Source: the human T2T-CHM13v2.0 reference genome, Homo sapiens
Strand: one strand, 5' to 3'
Assembly: GCF_009914755.1 (NCBI RefSeq)
Contig: NC_060934.1
Length of the DNA: 64,000 nucleotides
Numbering within the stretch: position 1 is the stretch's first letter; every line of letters begins with the position of its first letter. Positions 11,301-25,455 of the stretch are shown here, in pieces. The position numbers were made by a program, and so were the translations under genes. Below the pieces are notes generated by a model. That model saw only the letters and a program-made list of their open reading frames with translations. It had not been told where the DNA came from and searched no databases.

Positions 11301-13580
11301 AGATTTCAAGCGATTCTAGGCCTATGGCAGAAAAGGAAATATCTTCGTATAAAAACTACACAGAATCATTCTCAACAACTACTTTGTGATGTGTGCGTTC
11401 AACTCACAGAGTTTAACCTTTCTTTTCATAGAGCAGTTTGGAAACACTCTGTTTGTAAAGCCTGCAAGTGCTTTTTTGGACTTCATTGAGGCCTTCGTTG
11501 GAAACGGGATTTCTTCATGTAATGCTAGACAGAAGAATTCTCAGTCACTTCTTTGTGTTGTGTGTATTCAAGTCACAGAGTTGAACCTTCCTTTAGACAG
11601 AGCAGTTTTGAAAAATTCTTTCTGTGTAATTTGCAAGTGGAGATTTCAAGCGATTTGAGGCTAATCTTTGAAATGGAAATATCTTCGTGTAAAAACTACA
11701 CAGAATCATTCTCAGAAACTGCTTTGTCATCTGTGCGTTCAGATCACAGAGTTTCACCTTTCTCTTCATAGAGCAGTTTGGAAAGACTCTGTCTGTAAAG
11801 TCTGCAAGTGATTAGTTAGACCCCTTTGAGGCCTTCGTTGGAAGCGGGATTTCTCATTTACTGCTAGACAGAAGAATTCTCAGTAAATCCTTTGTGTTGT
11901 GTGTATTCAACTCACAGAGTGGAACCTTCCTTTATTCAGAGCAGTTTTGAAAAACACTTTTTGTGGAATTTGCAAGTGGAGATTTCAAGCGATTTGACGC
12001 CAATCTTAGACATGGAAATATCTTCATATTAAAAGTACACAGAGTCATTCGTAGAAACTAGTTTGTGATGTGTGCCTTCAACTCACAGAGTTTAACCTTT
12101 CTTTTCATAGACCAGTTTGGAAACACTCTATTTGTAAAGTCTGCAAGTGGATATTTGGACCTCTTTGAGGCCTTCGTTGGAAACGGGATTTCTTCATACA
12201 ACGCTAGACAGAAGAATTCTCAGTAACTTCTTTGTGTTGTGTGTATTCAACTCACAGAGTTGAACCTTTCTTTAGAGAGAGCAGAGTTGAAACACTCTGT
12301 TTTTGGAATTTGCAACTGCAGATTTCAAGCGATTCTAGGCCTATGGCAGAAAAGGAAATATCTTCGTATAAAAACTACACAGAATCATTCTCAACAACTA
12401 CTTTGTGATGTGTGCGTTCAACTCACAGAGTTTAACCTTTCTTTTCATAGAGCAGTTTGGAAACACTCTGTTTGTAAAGCCTGCAAGTGCTTTTTTGGAC
12501 TTCATTGAGGCCTTCGTTGGAAACGGGATTTCTTCATATAATGCTAGACAGAAGAATTCTCAGTCACTTCTTTGTGTTGTGTGTATTCAAGTCACAGAGT
12601 TGAACCTTCCTTTAGACAGAGCAGTTTTGAAAAATTCTTTCTGTGGAGTTTGCAAGTGGAGATTTCAAGTGATTTGAGGCTAATCTTTGAAATGGAAATA
12701 TCTTCGTGTAAAAACTACACAGAATCATTCTCAGAAACTGCTTTGTCATCTGTGCGTTCAGTTCACAGAGTTTCACCTTTCTCTTCATAGAGCAGTTTGG
12801 AAAGACTCTGTCTGTAAAGTCTGCAAGTGATTAGTTAGACCCCTTTGAGGCCTTCGTTGGAAGCGGGATTTCTCATTTACTGCTAGACAGAAGAATTCTC
12901 AGTAAATCCTTTGTGTTGTGTGTATTCAACTCACAGAGTGGAACCTTCCTTTATTCAGAGCAGTTTTGAAAAACACTTTTTGTGGAATTTGCAAGTGGAG
13001 ATTTCAAGCGATTTGACGCCAATCTTAGACATGGAAATATCTTCATATTAAAAGTACACAGAGTCATTCGTAGAAACTAGTTTGTGATGTGTGCCTTCAA
13101 CTCACAGAGTTTAACCTTTCTTTTCATAGAGCAGTTTGGAAACACTCTATTTGTAAAGTCTGCAAGTGGATATTTGGACCTCTTTGAGGCCTTCGTTGGA
13201 AACGGGATTTCTTCATACAACGCTAGACAGAAGAATTCTCAGTAACTTCTTTGTGTTGTGTGTATTCAACTCACAGAGTTGAACCTTTCTTTAGAGAGAG
13301 CAGAGTTGAAACACTCTGTTTTTGGAATTTGCAACTGCAGATTTCAAGCGCTTCTAGGCCTATGGCAGAAAAGGAAATATCTTCGTATAAAAACTACACA
13401 GAATCATTCTCAACAACTACTTTGTGATGTGTGCGTTCAACTCACAGAGTTTAACCTTTCTTTTCATAGAGCAGTTTGGAAACACTCTGTTTGTAAAGCC
13501 TGCAAGTGCTTTTTTGGACTTCATTGAGGCCTTCGTTGGAAACGGGATTTCTTCATGTAATGCTAGACAGAAGAATTCTC

Positions 13581-16500
13581 AGTCACTTCTTTGTGTTGTG
13601 TGTATTCAAGTCACAGAGTTGAACCTTCCTTTAGACAGAGCAGTTTTGAAAAATTCTTTCTGTGGAGTTTGCAAGTGGAGATTTCAAGCGATTTGAGGCT
13701 AATCTTTGAAATGGAAATATCTTCGTGTAAAAACTACACAGAATCATTCTCAGAAACTGCTTTGTCATCTGTGCGTTCAGTTCACAGAGTTTCACCTTTC
13801 TCTTCATAGAGCAGTTTGGAAAGACTCTGTCTGTAAAGTCCGCAAGTGATTAGTTAGACCCCTTTGAGGCCTTCGTTGGAAGCGGGATTTCTCATTTACT
13901 GCTAGACAGAAGAATTCTCAGTAAATCCTTTGTGTTGTGTGTATTCAACTCACAGAGTGGAACCTTCCTTTATTCAGAGCAGTTTTGAAACACTCTTTTT
14001 GTGGAATTTGCAAGTGGAGATTTCAAGCGATTTGACGCCAATCTTAGACATGGAAATATCTTCATATTAAAAGTACACAGAGTCATTCGTAGAAACTAGT
14101 TTGTGATGTGTGCCTTCAACTCACAGAGTTTAACCTTTCTTTTCATAGAGCAGTTGGGAAACACTCTATTTGTAAAGTCTGCAAGTGGATATTTGGACCT
14201 CTTTGAGGCCTTCGTTGGAAACGGGATTTCTTCATATAACGCTAGACAGAAGAATTCTCAGTAACTTCTTTGTGTTGTGTGTATTCAACTCACAGAGTTG
14301 AACCTTTCTTTAGAGGGAGCAGAGGTGAAACACTCTTTTTGTGGAATTTGCTAGTGTAGATTTCAAACGCTTCGAAGACAGTGATAGAAAAGGATATATC
14401 TTCGTATTAAAAGTAGACAAAATCATTCTCAGAAAACTCTTTGTGATGTGTGTGTTCAACTCACAGAGTTTAACCTTTCTTTAATCGAGCAGTTTGGAAA
14501 TACACTCTTTGTAAGTCTGCAGGTGGATATTTGGCCCTCTTTGAGCCCTTCGTTGGAAACGGGATTTCCTCATATAATGCTAGACAGAAGAATTCTCAGT
14601 AACTTCTTTGTGTTGTTTGTATTCAACACACAGATTTGAACCTTCCTTTAGAGAGAGCAGATTTGAAACACTCTGTTTTTGGAATTTGCAAGTGCAGATT
14701 TCAAGCGCTTCTAGGCCTATGGCAGAAAAGGAAATATCTTCGTATAAAAACTACACAGAATCATTCTCAACAACTACTTTGTGATGTGTGCGTTCAACTC
14801 ACAGAGTTTAACCTTTCTTTTCATAGAGCAGTTTGGAAACACTCTGTTTGTAAAGCCTGCAAGTGCTTTTTTGGACTTCATTGAGGCCTTCGTTGGAAAC
14901 GGGATTTCTTCATATAATGCTAGACAGAAGAATTCTCAGTCACTTCTTTGTGTTGTGTGTATTCAAGTCACAGAGTTGAACCTTCCTTTAGACAGAGCAG
15001 TTTTGAAAAATTCTTTCTGTGGAGTTTGCAAGTGGAGATTTCAAGCGATTTGAGGCTAATCTTTGAAATGGAAATATCTTCGTGTAAAAACTACACAGAA
15101 TCATTCTCAGAAACTGCTTTGTCATCTGTGCGTTCAGTTCACAGAGTTTCACCTTTCTCTTCATAGAGCAGTTTGGAAAGACTCTGTCTGTAAAGTCTGC
15201 AAGTGATTAGTTAGACCCCTTTGAGGCCTTCGTTGGAAGCGGGATTTCTCATTTACTGCTAGACAGAAGAATTCTCAGTAAATCCTTTGTGTTGTGTGTA
15301 TTCAACTCACAGAGTGGAACCTTCCTTTATTCAGAGCAGTTTTGAAACACTCTTTTTGTGGAATTTGCAAGTGGAGATTTCAAGCGATTTGACGCCAATC
15401 TTAGACATGGAAATATCTTCATATTAAAAGTACACAGAGTCATTCGTAGAAACTAGTTTGTGATGTGTGCCTTCAACTCACAGAGTTTAACCTTTCTTTT
15501 CATAGAGCAGTTGGGAAACACTCTATTTGTAAAGTCTGCAAGTGGATATTTGGACCTCTTTGAGGCCTTCGTTGGAAACGGGATTTCTTCATATAACGCT
15601 AGACAGAAGAATTCTCAGTAACTTCTTTGTGTTGTGTGTATTCAACTCACAGAGTTGAACCTTTCTTTAGAGGGAGCAGAGGTGAAACACTCTTTTTGTG
15701 GAATTTGCTAGTGTAGATTTCAAACGCTTCGAAGACAGTGATAGAAAAGGATATATCTTCGTATTAAAAGTAGACAAAATCATTCTCAGAAAACTCTTTG
15801 TGATGTGTGTGTTCAACTCACAGAGTTTAACCTTTCTTTAATCGAGCAGTTTGGAAATACACTCTTTGTAAGTCTGCAGGTGGATATTTGGCCCTCTTTG
15901 AGCCCTTCGTTGGAAACGGGATTTCCTCATATAATGCTAGACAGAAGAATTCTCAGTAACTTCTTTGTGTTGTTTGTATTCAACACACAGATTTGAACCT
16001 TCCTTTAGAGAGAGCAGATTTGAAACACTCTGTTTTTGGAATTTGCAAGTGCAGATTTCAAGCGCTTCTAGGCCTATGGCAGAAAAGGAAATATCTTCGT
16101 ATAAAAACTACACAGAATCATTCTCAACAACTACTTTGTGATGTGTGCGTTCAACTCACAGAGTTTAACCTTTCTTTTCATAGAGCAGTTTGGAAACACT
16201 CTGTTTGTAAAGCCTGCAAGTGCTTTTTTGGACTTCATTGAGGCCTTCGTTGGAAACGGGATTTCTTCATATAATGCTAGACAGAAGAATTCTCAGTCAC
16301 TTCTTTGTGTTGTGTGTATTCAAGTCACAGAGTTGAACCTTCCTTTAGACAGAGCAGTTTTGAAAAATTCTTTCTGTGGAGTTTGCAAGTGGAGATTTCA
16401 AGCGATTTGAGGCTAATCTTTGAAATGGAAATATCTTCGTGTAAAAACTACACAGAATCATTCTCAGAAACTGCTTTGTCATCTGTGCGTTCAGTTCACA

Positions 16501-19500
16501 GAGTTTCACCTTTCTCTTCATAGAGCAGTTTGGAAAGACTCTGTCTGTAAAGTCTGCAAGTGATTAGTTAGACCCCTTTGAGGCCTTCGTTGGAAGCGGG
16601 ATTTCTCATTTACTGCTAGACAGAAGAATTCTCAGTAAATCCTTTGTGTTGTGTGTATTCAACTCACAGAGTGGAACCTTCCTTTATTCAGAGCAGTTTT
16701 GAAACACTCTTTTTGTGGAATTTGCAAGTGGAGATTTCAAGCGATTTGACGCCAATCTTAGACATGGAAATATCTTCATATTAAAAGTACACAGAGTCAT
16801 TCGTAGAAACTAGTTTGTGATGTGTGCCTTCAACTCACAGAGTTTAACCTTTCTTTTCATAGAGCAGTTGGGAAACACTCTATTTGTAAAGTCTGCAAGT
16901 GGATATTTGGACCTCTTTGAGGCCTTCGTTGGAAACGGGATTTCTTCATATAACGCTAGACAGAAGAATTCTCAGTAACTTCTTTGTGTTGTGTGTATTC
17001 AACTCACAGAGTTGAACCTTTCTTTAGAGGGAGCAGAGGTGAAACACTCTTTTTGTGGAATTTGCTAGTGTAGATTTCAAACGCTTCGAAGACAGTGATA
17101 GAAAAGGATATATCTTCGTATTAAAAGTAGACAAAATCATTCTCAGAAAACTCTTTGTGATGTGTGTGTTCAACTCACAGAGTTTAACCTTTCTTTAATC
17201 GAGCAGTTTGGAAATACACTCTTTGTAAGTCTGCAGGTGGATATTTGGCCCTCTTTGAGCCCTTCGTTGGAAACGGGATTTCCTCATATAATGCTAGACA
17301 GAAGAATTCTCAGTAACTTCTTTGTGTTGTTTGTATTCAACACACAGATTTGAACCTTCCTTTAGAGAGAGCAGATTTGAAACACTCTGTTTTTGGAATT
17401 TGCAAGTGCAGATTTCAAGCGCTTCTAGGCCTATGGCAGAAAAGGAAATATCTTCGTATAAAAACTACACAGAATCATTCTCAACAACTACTTTGTGATG
17501 TGTGCGTTCAACTCACAGAGTTTAACCTTTCTTTTCATAGAGCAGTTTGGAAACACTCTGTTTGTAAAGCCTGCAAGTGCTTTTTTGGACTTCATTGAGG
17601 CCTTCGTTGGAAACGGGATTTCTTCATATAATGCTAGACAGAAGAATTCTCAGTCACTTCTTTGTGTTGTGTGTATTCAAGTCACAGAGTTGAACCTTCC
17701 TTTAGACAGAGCAGTTTTGAAAAATTCTTTCTGTGGAGTTTGCAAGTGGAGATTTCAAGCGATTTGAGGCTAATCTTTGAAATGGAAATATCTTCGTGTA
17801 AAAACTACACAGAATCATTCTCAGAAACTGCTTTGTCATCTGTGCGTTCAGTTCACAGAGTTTCACCTTTCTCTTCATAGAGCAGTTTGGAAAGACTCTG
17901 TCTGTAAAGTCTGCAAGTGATTAGTTAGACCCCTTTGAGGCCTTCGTTGGAAGCGGGATTTCTCATTTACTGCTAGACAGAAGAATTCTCAGTAAATCCT
18001 TTGTGTTGTGTGTATTCAACTCACAGAGTGGAACCTTCCTTTATTCAGAGCAGTTTTGAAACACTCTTTTTGTGGAATTTGCAAGTGGAGATTTCAAGCG
18101 ATTTGACGCCAATCTTAGACATGGAAATATCTTCATATTAAAAGTACACAGAGTCATTCGTAGAAACTAGTTTGTGATGTGTGCCTTCAACTCACAGAGT
18201 TTAACCTTTCTTTTCATAGAGCAGTTGGGAAACACTCTATTTGTAAAGTCTGCAAGTGGATATTTGGACCTCTTTGAGGCCTTCGTTGGAAACGGGATTT
18301 CTTCATATAACGCTAGACAGAAGAATTCTCAGTAACTTCTTTGTGTTGTGTGTATTCAACTCACAGAGTTGAACCTTTCTTTAGAGGGAGCAGAGGTGAA
18401 ACACTCTTTTTGTGGAATTTGCTAGTGTAGATTTCAAACGCTTCGAAGACAGTGATAGAAAAGGATATATCTTCGTATTAAAAGTAGACAAAATCATTCT
18501 CAGAAAACTCTTTGTGATGTGTGTGTTCAACTCACAGAGTTTAACCTTTCTTTAATCGAGCAGTTTGGAAATACACTCTTTGTAAGTCTGCAGGTGGATA
18601 TTTGGCCCTCTTTGAGCCCTTCGTTGGAAACGGGATTTCCTCATATAATGCTAGACAGAAGAATTCTCAGTAACTTCTTTGTGTTGTTTGTATTCAACAC
18701 ACAGATTTGAACCTTCCTTTAGAGAGAGCAGATTTGAAACACTCTGTTTTTGGAATTTGCAAGTGCAGATTTCAAGCGCTTCTAGGCCTATGGCAGAAAA
18801 GGAAATATCTTCGTATAAAAACTACACAGAATCATTCTCAACAACTACTTTGTGATGTGTGCGTTCAACTCACAGAGTTTAACCTTTCTTTTCATAGAGC
18901 AGTTTGGAAACACTCTGTTTGTAAAGCCTGCAAGTGCTTTTTTGGACTTCATTGAGGCCTTCGTTGGAAACGGGATTTCTTCATATAATGCTAGACAGAA
19001 GAATTCTCAGTCACTTCTTTGTGTTGTGTGTATTCAAGTCACAGAGTTGAACCTTCCTTTAGACAGAGCAGTTTTGAAAAATTCTTTCTGTGGAGTTTGC
19101 AAGTGGAGATTTCAAGCGATTTGAGGCTAATCTTTGAAATGGAAATATCTTCGTGTAAAAACTACACAGAATCATTCTCAGAAACTGCTTTGTCATCTGT
19201 GCGTTCAGTTCACAGAGTTTCACCTTTCTCTTCATAGAGCAGTTTGGAAAGACTCTGTCTGTAAAGTCTGCAAGTGATTAGTTAGACCCCTTTGAGGCCT
19301 TCGTTGGAAGCGGGATTTCTCATTTACTGCTAGACAGAAGAATTCTCAGTAAATCCTTTGTGTTGTGTGTATTCAACTCACAGAGTGGAACCTTCCTTTA
19401 TTCAGAGCAGTTTTGAAACACTCTTTTTGTGGAATTTGCAAGTGGAGATTTCAAGCGATTTGACGCCAATCTTAGACATGGAAATATCTTCATATTAAAA

Positions 19501-22500
19501 GTACACAGAGTCATTCGTAGAAACTAGTTTGTGATGTGTGCCTTCAACTCACAGAGTTTAACCTTTCTTTTCATAGAGCAGTTGGGAAACACTCTATTTG
19601 TAAAGTCTGCAAGTGGATATTTGGACCTCTTTGAGGCCTTCGTTGGAAACGGGATTTCTTCATATAACGCTAGACAGAAGAATTCTCAGTAACTTCTTTG
19701 TGTTGTGTGTATTCAACTCACAGAGTTGAACCTTTCTTTAGAGGGAGCAGAGGTGAAACACTCTTTTTGTGGAATTTGCTAGTGTAGATTTCAAACGCTT
19801 CGAAGACAGTGATAGAAAAGGATATATCTTCGTATTAAAAGTAGACAAAATCATTCTCAGAAAACTCTTTGTGATGTGTGTGTTCAACTCACAGAGTTTA
19901 ACCTTTCTTTAATCGAGCAGTTTGGAAATACACTCTTTGTAAGTCTGCAGGTGGATATTTGGCCCTCTTTGAGCCCTTCGTTGGAAACGGGATTTCCTCA
20001 TATAATGCTAGACAGAAGAATTCTCAGTAACTTCTTTGTGTTGTTTGTATTCAACACACAGATTTGAACCTTCCTTTAGAGAGAGCAGATTTGAAACACT
20101 CTGTTTTTGGAATTTGCAAGTGCAGATTTCAAGCGCTTCTAGGCCTATGGCAGAAAAGGAAATATCTTCGTATAAAAACTACACAGAATCATTCTCAACA
20201 ACTACTTTGTGATGTGTGCGTTCAACTCACAGAGTTTAACCTTTCTTTTCATAGAGCAGTTTGGAAACACTCTGTTTGTAAAGCCTGCAAGTGCTTTTTT
20301 GGACTTCATTGAGGCCTTCGTTGGAAACGGGATTTCTTCATGTAATGCTAGACAGAAGAATTCTCAGTCACTTCTTTGTGTTGTGTGTATTCAAGTCACA
20401 GAGTTGAACCTTCCTTTAGACAGAGCAGTTTTGAAAAATTCTTTCTGTGTAATTTGCAAGTGGAGATTTCAAGCGATTTGAGGCTAATCTTTGAAATGGA
20501 AATATCTTCGTGTAAAAACTACACAGAATCATTCTCAGAAACTGCTTTGTCATCTGTGCGTTCAGATCACAGAGTTTCACCTTTCTCTTCATAGAGCAGT
20601 TTGGAAAGACTCTGTCTGTAAAGTCTGCAAGTGATTAGTTAGACCCCTTTGAGGCCTTCGTTGGAAGCGGGATTTCTCATTTACTGCTAGACAGAAGAAT
20701 TCTCAGTAAATCCTTTGTGTTGTGTGTATTCAACTCACAGAGTGGAACCTTCCTTTATTCAGAGCAGTTTTGAAACACTCTTTTTGTGGAATTTGCAAGT
20801 GGAGATTTCAAGCGATTTGACGCCAATCTTAGACATGGAAATATCTTCATATTAAAAGTACACAGAGTCATTCGTAGAAACTAGTTTGTGATGTGTGCCT
20901 TCAACTCACAGAGTTTAACCTTTCTTTTCATAGAGCAGTTGGGAAACACTCTATTTGTAAAGTCTGCAAGTGGATATTTGGACCTCTTTGAGGCCTTCGT
21001 TGGAAACGGGATTTCTTCATATAACGCTAGACAGAAGAATTCTCAGTAACTTCTTTGTGTTGTGTGTATTCAACTCACAGAGTTGAACCTTTCTTTAGAG
21101 GGAGCAGAGGTGAAACACTCTTTTTGTGGAATTTGCTAGTGTAGATTTCAAACGCTTCGAAGACAGTGATAGAAAAGGATATATCTTCGTATTAAAAGTA
21201 GACAAAATCATTCTCAGAAAACTCTTTGTGATGTGTGTGTTCAACTCACAGAGTTTAACCTTTCTTTAATCGAGCAGTTTGGAAATACACTCTTTGTAAG
21301 TCTGCAGGTGGATATTTGGCCCTCTTTGAGCCCTTCGTTGGAAACGGGATTTCCTCATATAATGCTAGACAGAAGAATTCTCAGTAACTTCTTTGTGTTG
21401 TTTGTATTCAACACACAGATTTGAACCTTCCTTTAGAGAGAGCAGATTTGAAACACTCTGTTTTTGGAATTTGCAAGTGCAGATTTCAAGCGCTTCTAGG
21501 CCTATGGCAGAAAAGGAAATATCTTCGTATAAAAACTACACAGAATCATTCTCAACAACTACTTTGTGATGTGTGCGTTCAACTCACAGAGTTTAACCTT
21601 TCTTTTCATAGAGCAGTTTGGAAACACTCTGTTTGTAAAGCCTGCAAGTGCTTTTTTGGACTTCATTGAGGCCTTCGTTGGAAACGGGATTTCTTCATAT
21701 AATGCTAGACAGAAGAATTCTCAGTCACTTCTTTGTGTTGTGTGTATTCAAGTCACAGAGTTGAACCTTCCTTTAGACAGAGCAGTTTTGAAAAATTCTT
21801 TCTGTGGAGTTTGCAAGTGGAGATTTCAAGCGATTTGAGGCTAATCTTTGAAATGGAAATATCTTCGTGTAAAAACTACACAGAATCATTCTCAGAAACT
21901 GCTTTGTCATCTGTGCGTTCAGTTCACAGAGTTTCACCTTTCTCTTCATAGAGCAGTTTGGAAAGACTCTGTCTGTAAAGTCTGCAAGTGATTAGTTAGA
22001 CCCCTTTGAGGCCTTCGTTGGAAGCGGGATTTCTCATTTACTGCTAGACAGAAGAATTCTCAGTAAATCCTTTGTGTTGTGTGTATTCAACTCACAGAGT
22101 GGAACCTTCCTTTATTCAGAGCAGTTTTGAAACACTCTTTTTGTGGAATTTGCAAGTGGAGATTTCAAGCGATTTGACGCCAATCTTAGACATGGAAATA
22201 TCTTCATATTAAAAGTACACAGAGTCATTCGTAGAAACTAGTTTGTGATGTGTGCCTTCAACTCACAGAGTTTAACCTTTCTTTTCATAGAGCAGTTGGG
22301 AAACACTCTATTTGTAAAGTCTGCAAGTGGATATTTGGACCTCTTTGAGGCCTTCGTTGGAAACGGGATTTCTTCATATAACGCTAGACAGAAGAATTCT
22401 CAGTAACTTCTTTGTGTTGTGTGTATTCAACTCACAGAGTTGAACCTTTCTTTAGAGGGAGCAGAGGTGAAACACTCTTTTTGTGGAATTTGCTAGTGTA

Positions 22501-23079
22501 GATTTCAAACGCTTCGAAGACAGTGATAGAAAAGGATATATCTTCGTATTAAAAGTAGACAAAATCATTCTCAGAAAACTCTTTGTGATGTGTGTGTTCA
22601 ACTCACAGAGTTTAACCTTTCTTTAATCGAGCAGTTTGGAAATACACTCTTTGTAAGTCTGCAGGTGGATATTTGGCCCTCTTTGAGCCCTTCGTTGGAA
22701 ACGGGATTTCCTCATATAATGCTAGACAGAAGAATTCTCAGTAACTTCTTTGTGTTGTTTGTATTCAACACACAGATTTGAACCTTCCTTTAGAGAGAGC
22801 AGATTTGAAACACTCTGTTTTTGGAATTTGCAAGTGCAGATTTCAAGCGCTTCTAGGCCTATGGCAGAAAAGGAAATATCTTCGTATAAAAACTACACAG
22901 AATCATTCTCAACAACTACTTTGTGATGTGTGCGTTCAACTCACAGAGTTTAACCTTTCTTTTCATAGAGCAGTTTGGAAACACTCTGTTTGTAAAGCCT
23001 GCAAGTGCTTTTTTGGACTTCATTGAGGCCTTCGTTGGAAACGGGATTTCTTCATGTAATGCTAGACAGAAGAATTCTC
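13581..23079 (+). repeat. Run of seven consecutive 8-mer HORs
   Basis: Seven anchors spaced exactly 1357 bp apart (ORF starts 13591 to 23090). Confidence 0.97.
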
Positions 23080-25455
23080 AGTCACTTCTTTGTGTTGTGT
23101 GTATTCAAGTCACAGAGTTGAACCTTCCTTTAGACAGAGCAGTTTTGAAAAATTCTTTCTGTGTAATTTGCAAGTGGAGATTTCAAGCGATTTGAGGCTA
23201 ATCTTTGAAATGGAAATATCTTCGTGTAAAAACTACACAGAATCATTCTCAGAAACTGCTTTGTCATCTGTGCGTTCAGATCACAGAGTTTCACCTTTCT
23301 CTTCATAGAGCAGTTTGGAAGGACTCTGTCTGTAAAGTCTGCAAGTGATTAGTTAGACCCCTTTGAGGCCTTCGTTGGAAGCGGGATTTCTCATTTACTG
23401 CTAGACAGAAGAATTCTCAGTAAATCCTTTGTGTTGTGTGTATTCAACTCACAGAGTGGAACCCTCCTTTATTCAGAGCAGTTTTGAAAAACACTTTTTG
23501 TGGAATTTGCAAGTGGAGATTTCAAGCGATTTGACGCCAATCTTAGACATGGAAATATCTTCATATTAAAAGTACACAGAGTCATTCGTAGAAACTAGTT
23601 TGTGATGTGTGCCTTCAACTCACAGAGTTTAACCTTTCTTTTCATAGACCAGTTTGGAAACACTCTATTTGTAAAGTCTGCAAGTGGATATTTGGACCTC
23701 TTTGAGGCCTTCGTTGGAAACGGGATTTCTTCATACAACGCTAGACAGAAGAATTCTCAGTAACTTCTTTGTGTTGTGTGTATTCAACTCACAGAGTTGA
23801 ACCTTTCTTTAGAGAGAGCAGAGTTGAAACACTCTGTTTTTGGAATTTGCAACTGCAGATTTCAAGCGATTCTAGGCCTATGGCAGAAAAGGAAATATCT
23901 TCGTATAAAAACTACACAGAATCATTCTCAACAACTACTTTGTGATGTGTGCGTTCAACTCACAGAGTTTAACCTTTCTTTTCATAGAGCAGTTTGGAAA
24001 CACTCTGTTTGTAAAGCCTGCAAGTGCTTTTTTGGACTTCATTGAGGCCTTCGTTGGAAACGGGATTTCTTCATATAATGCTAGACAGAAGAATTCTCAG
24101 TCACTTCTTTGTGTTGTGTGTATTCAAGTCACAGAGTTGAACCTTCCTTTAGACAGAGCAGTTTTGAAAAATTCTTTCTGTGGAGTTTGCAAGTGGAGAT
24201 TTCAAGTGATTTGAGGCTAATCTTTGAAATGGAAATATCTTCGTGTAAAAACTACACAGAATCATTCTCAGAAACTGCTTTGTCATCTGTGCGTTCAGTT
24301 CACAGAGTTTCACCTTTCTCTTCATAGAGCAGTTTGGAAAGACTCTGTCTGTAAAGTCTGCAAGTGATTAGTTAGACCCCTTTGAGGCCTTCGTTGGAAG
24401 CGGGATTTCTCATTTACTGCTAGACAGAAGAATTCTCAGTAAATCCTTTGTGTTGTGTGTATTCAACTCACAGAGTGGAACCTTCCTTTATTCAGAGCAG
24501 TTTTGAAACACTCTTTTTGTGGAATTTGCAAGTGGAGATTTCAAGCGATTTGACGCCAATCTTAGACATGGAAATATCTTCATATTAAAAGTACACAGAG
24601 TCATTCGTAGAAACTAGTTTGTGATGTGTGCCTTCAACTCACAGAGTTTAACCTTTCTTTTCATAGAGCAGTTGGGAAACACTCTATTTGTAAAGTCTGC
24701 AAGTGGATATTTGGACCTCTTTGAGGCCTTCGTTGGAAACGGGATTTCTTCATATAACGCTAGACAGAAGAATTCTCAGTAACTTCTTTGTGTTGTGTGT
24801 ATTCAACTCACAGAGTTGAACCTTTCTTTAGAGGGAGCAGTGGTGAAACACTCTTTTTGTGGAATTTGCTAGTGTAGATTTCAAACGCTTCGAAGACAGT
24901 GATAGAAAAGGATATATCTTCGTATTAAAAGTAGACAAAATCATTCTCAGAAAACTCTTTGTGATGTGTGTGTTCAACTCACAGAGTTTAACCTTTCTTT
25001 AATCGAGCAGTTTGGAAATACACTCTTTGTAAGTCTGCAGGTGGATATTTGGCCCTCTTTGAGCCCTTCGTTGGAAACGGGATTTCCTCATATAATGCTA
25101 GACAGAAGAATTCTCAGTAACTTCTTTGTGTTGTTTGTATTCAACACACAGATTTGAACCTTCCTTTAGAGAGAGCAGATTTGAAACACTCTGTTTTTGG
25201 AATTTGCAAGTGCAGATTTCAAGCGCTTCTAGGCCTATGGCAGAAAAGGAAATATCTTCGTATAAAAACTACACAGAATCATTCTCAACAACTACTTTGT
25301 GATGTGTGCGTTCAACTCACAGAGTTTAACCTTTCTTTTCATAGAGCAGTTTGGAAACACTCTGTTTGTAAAGCCTGCAAGTGCTTTTTTGGACTTCATT
25401 GAGGCCTTCGTTGGAAACGGGATTTCTTCATATAATGCTAGACAGAAGAATTCTC

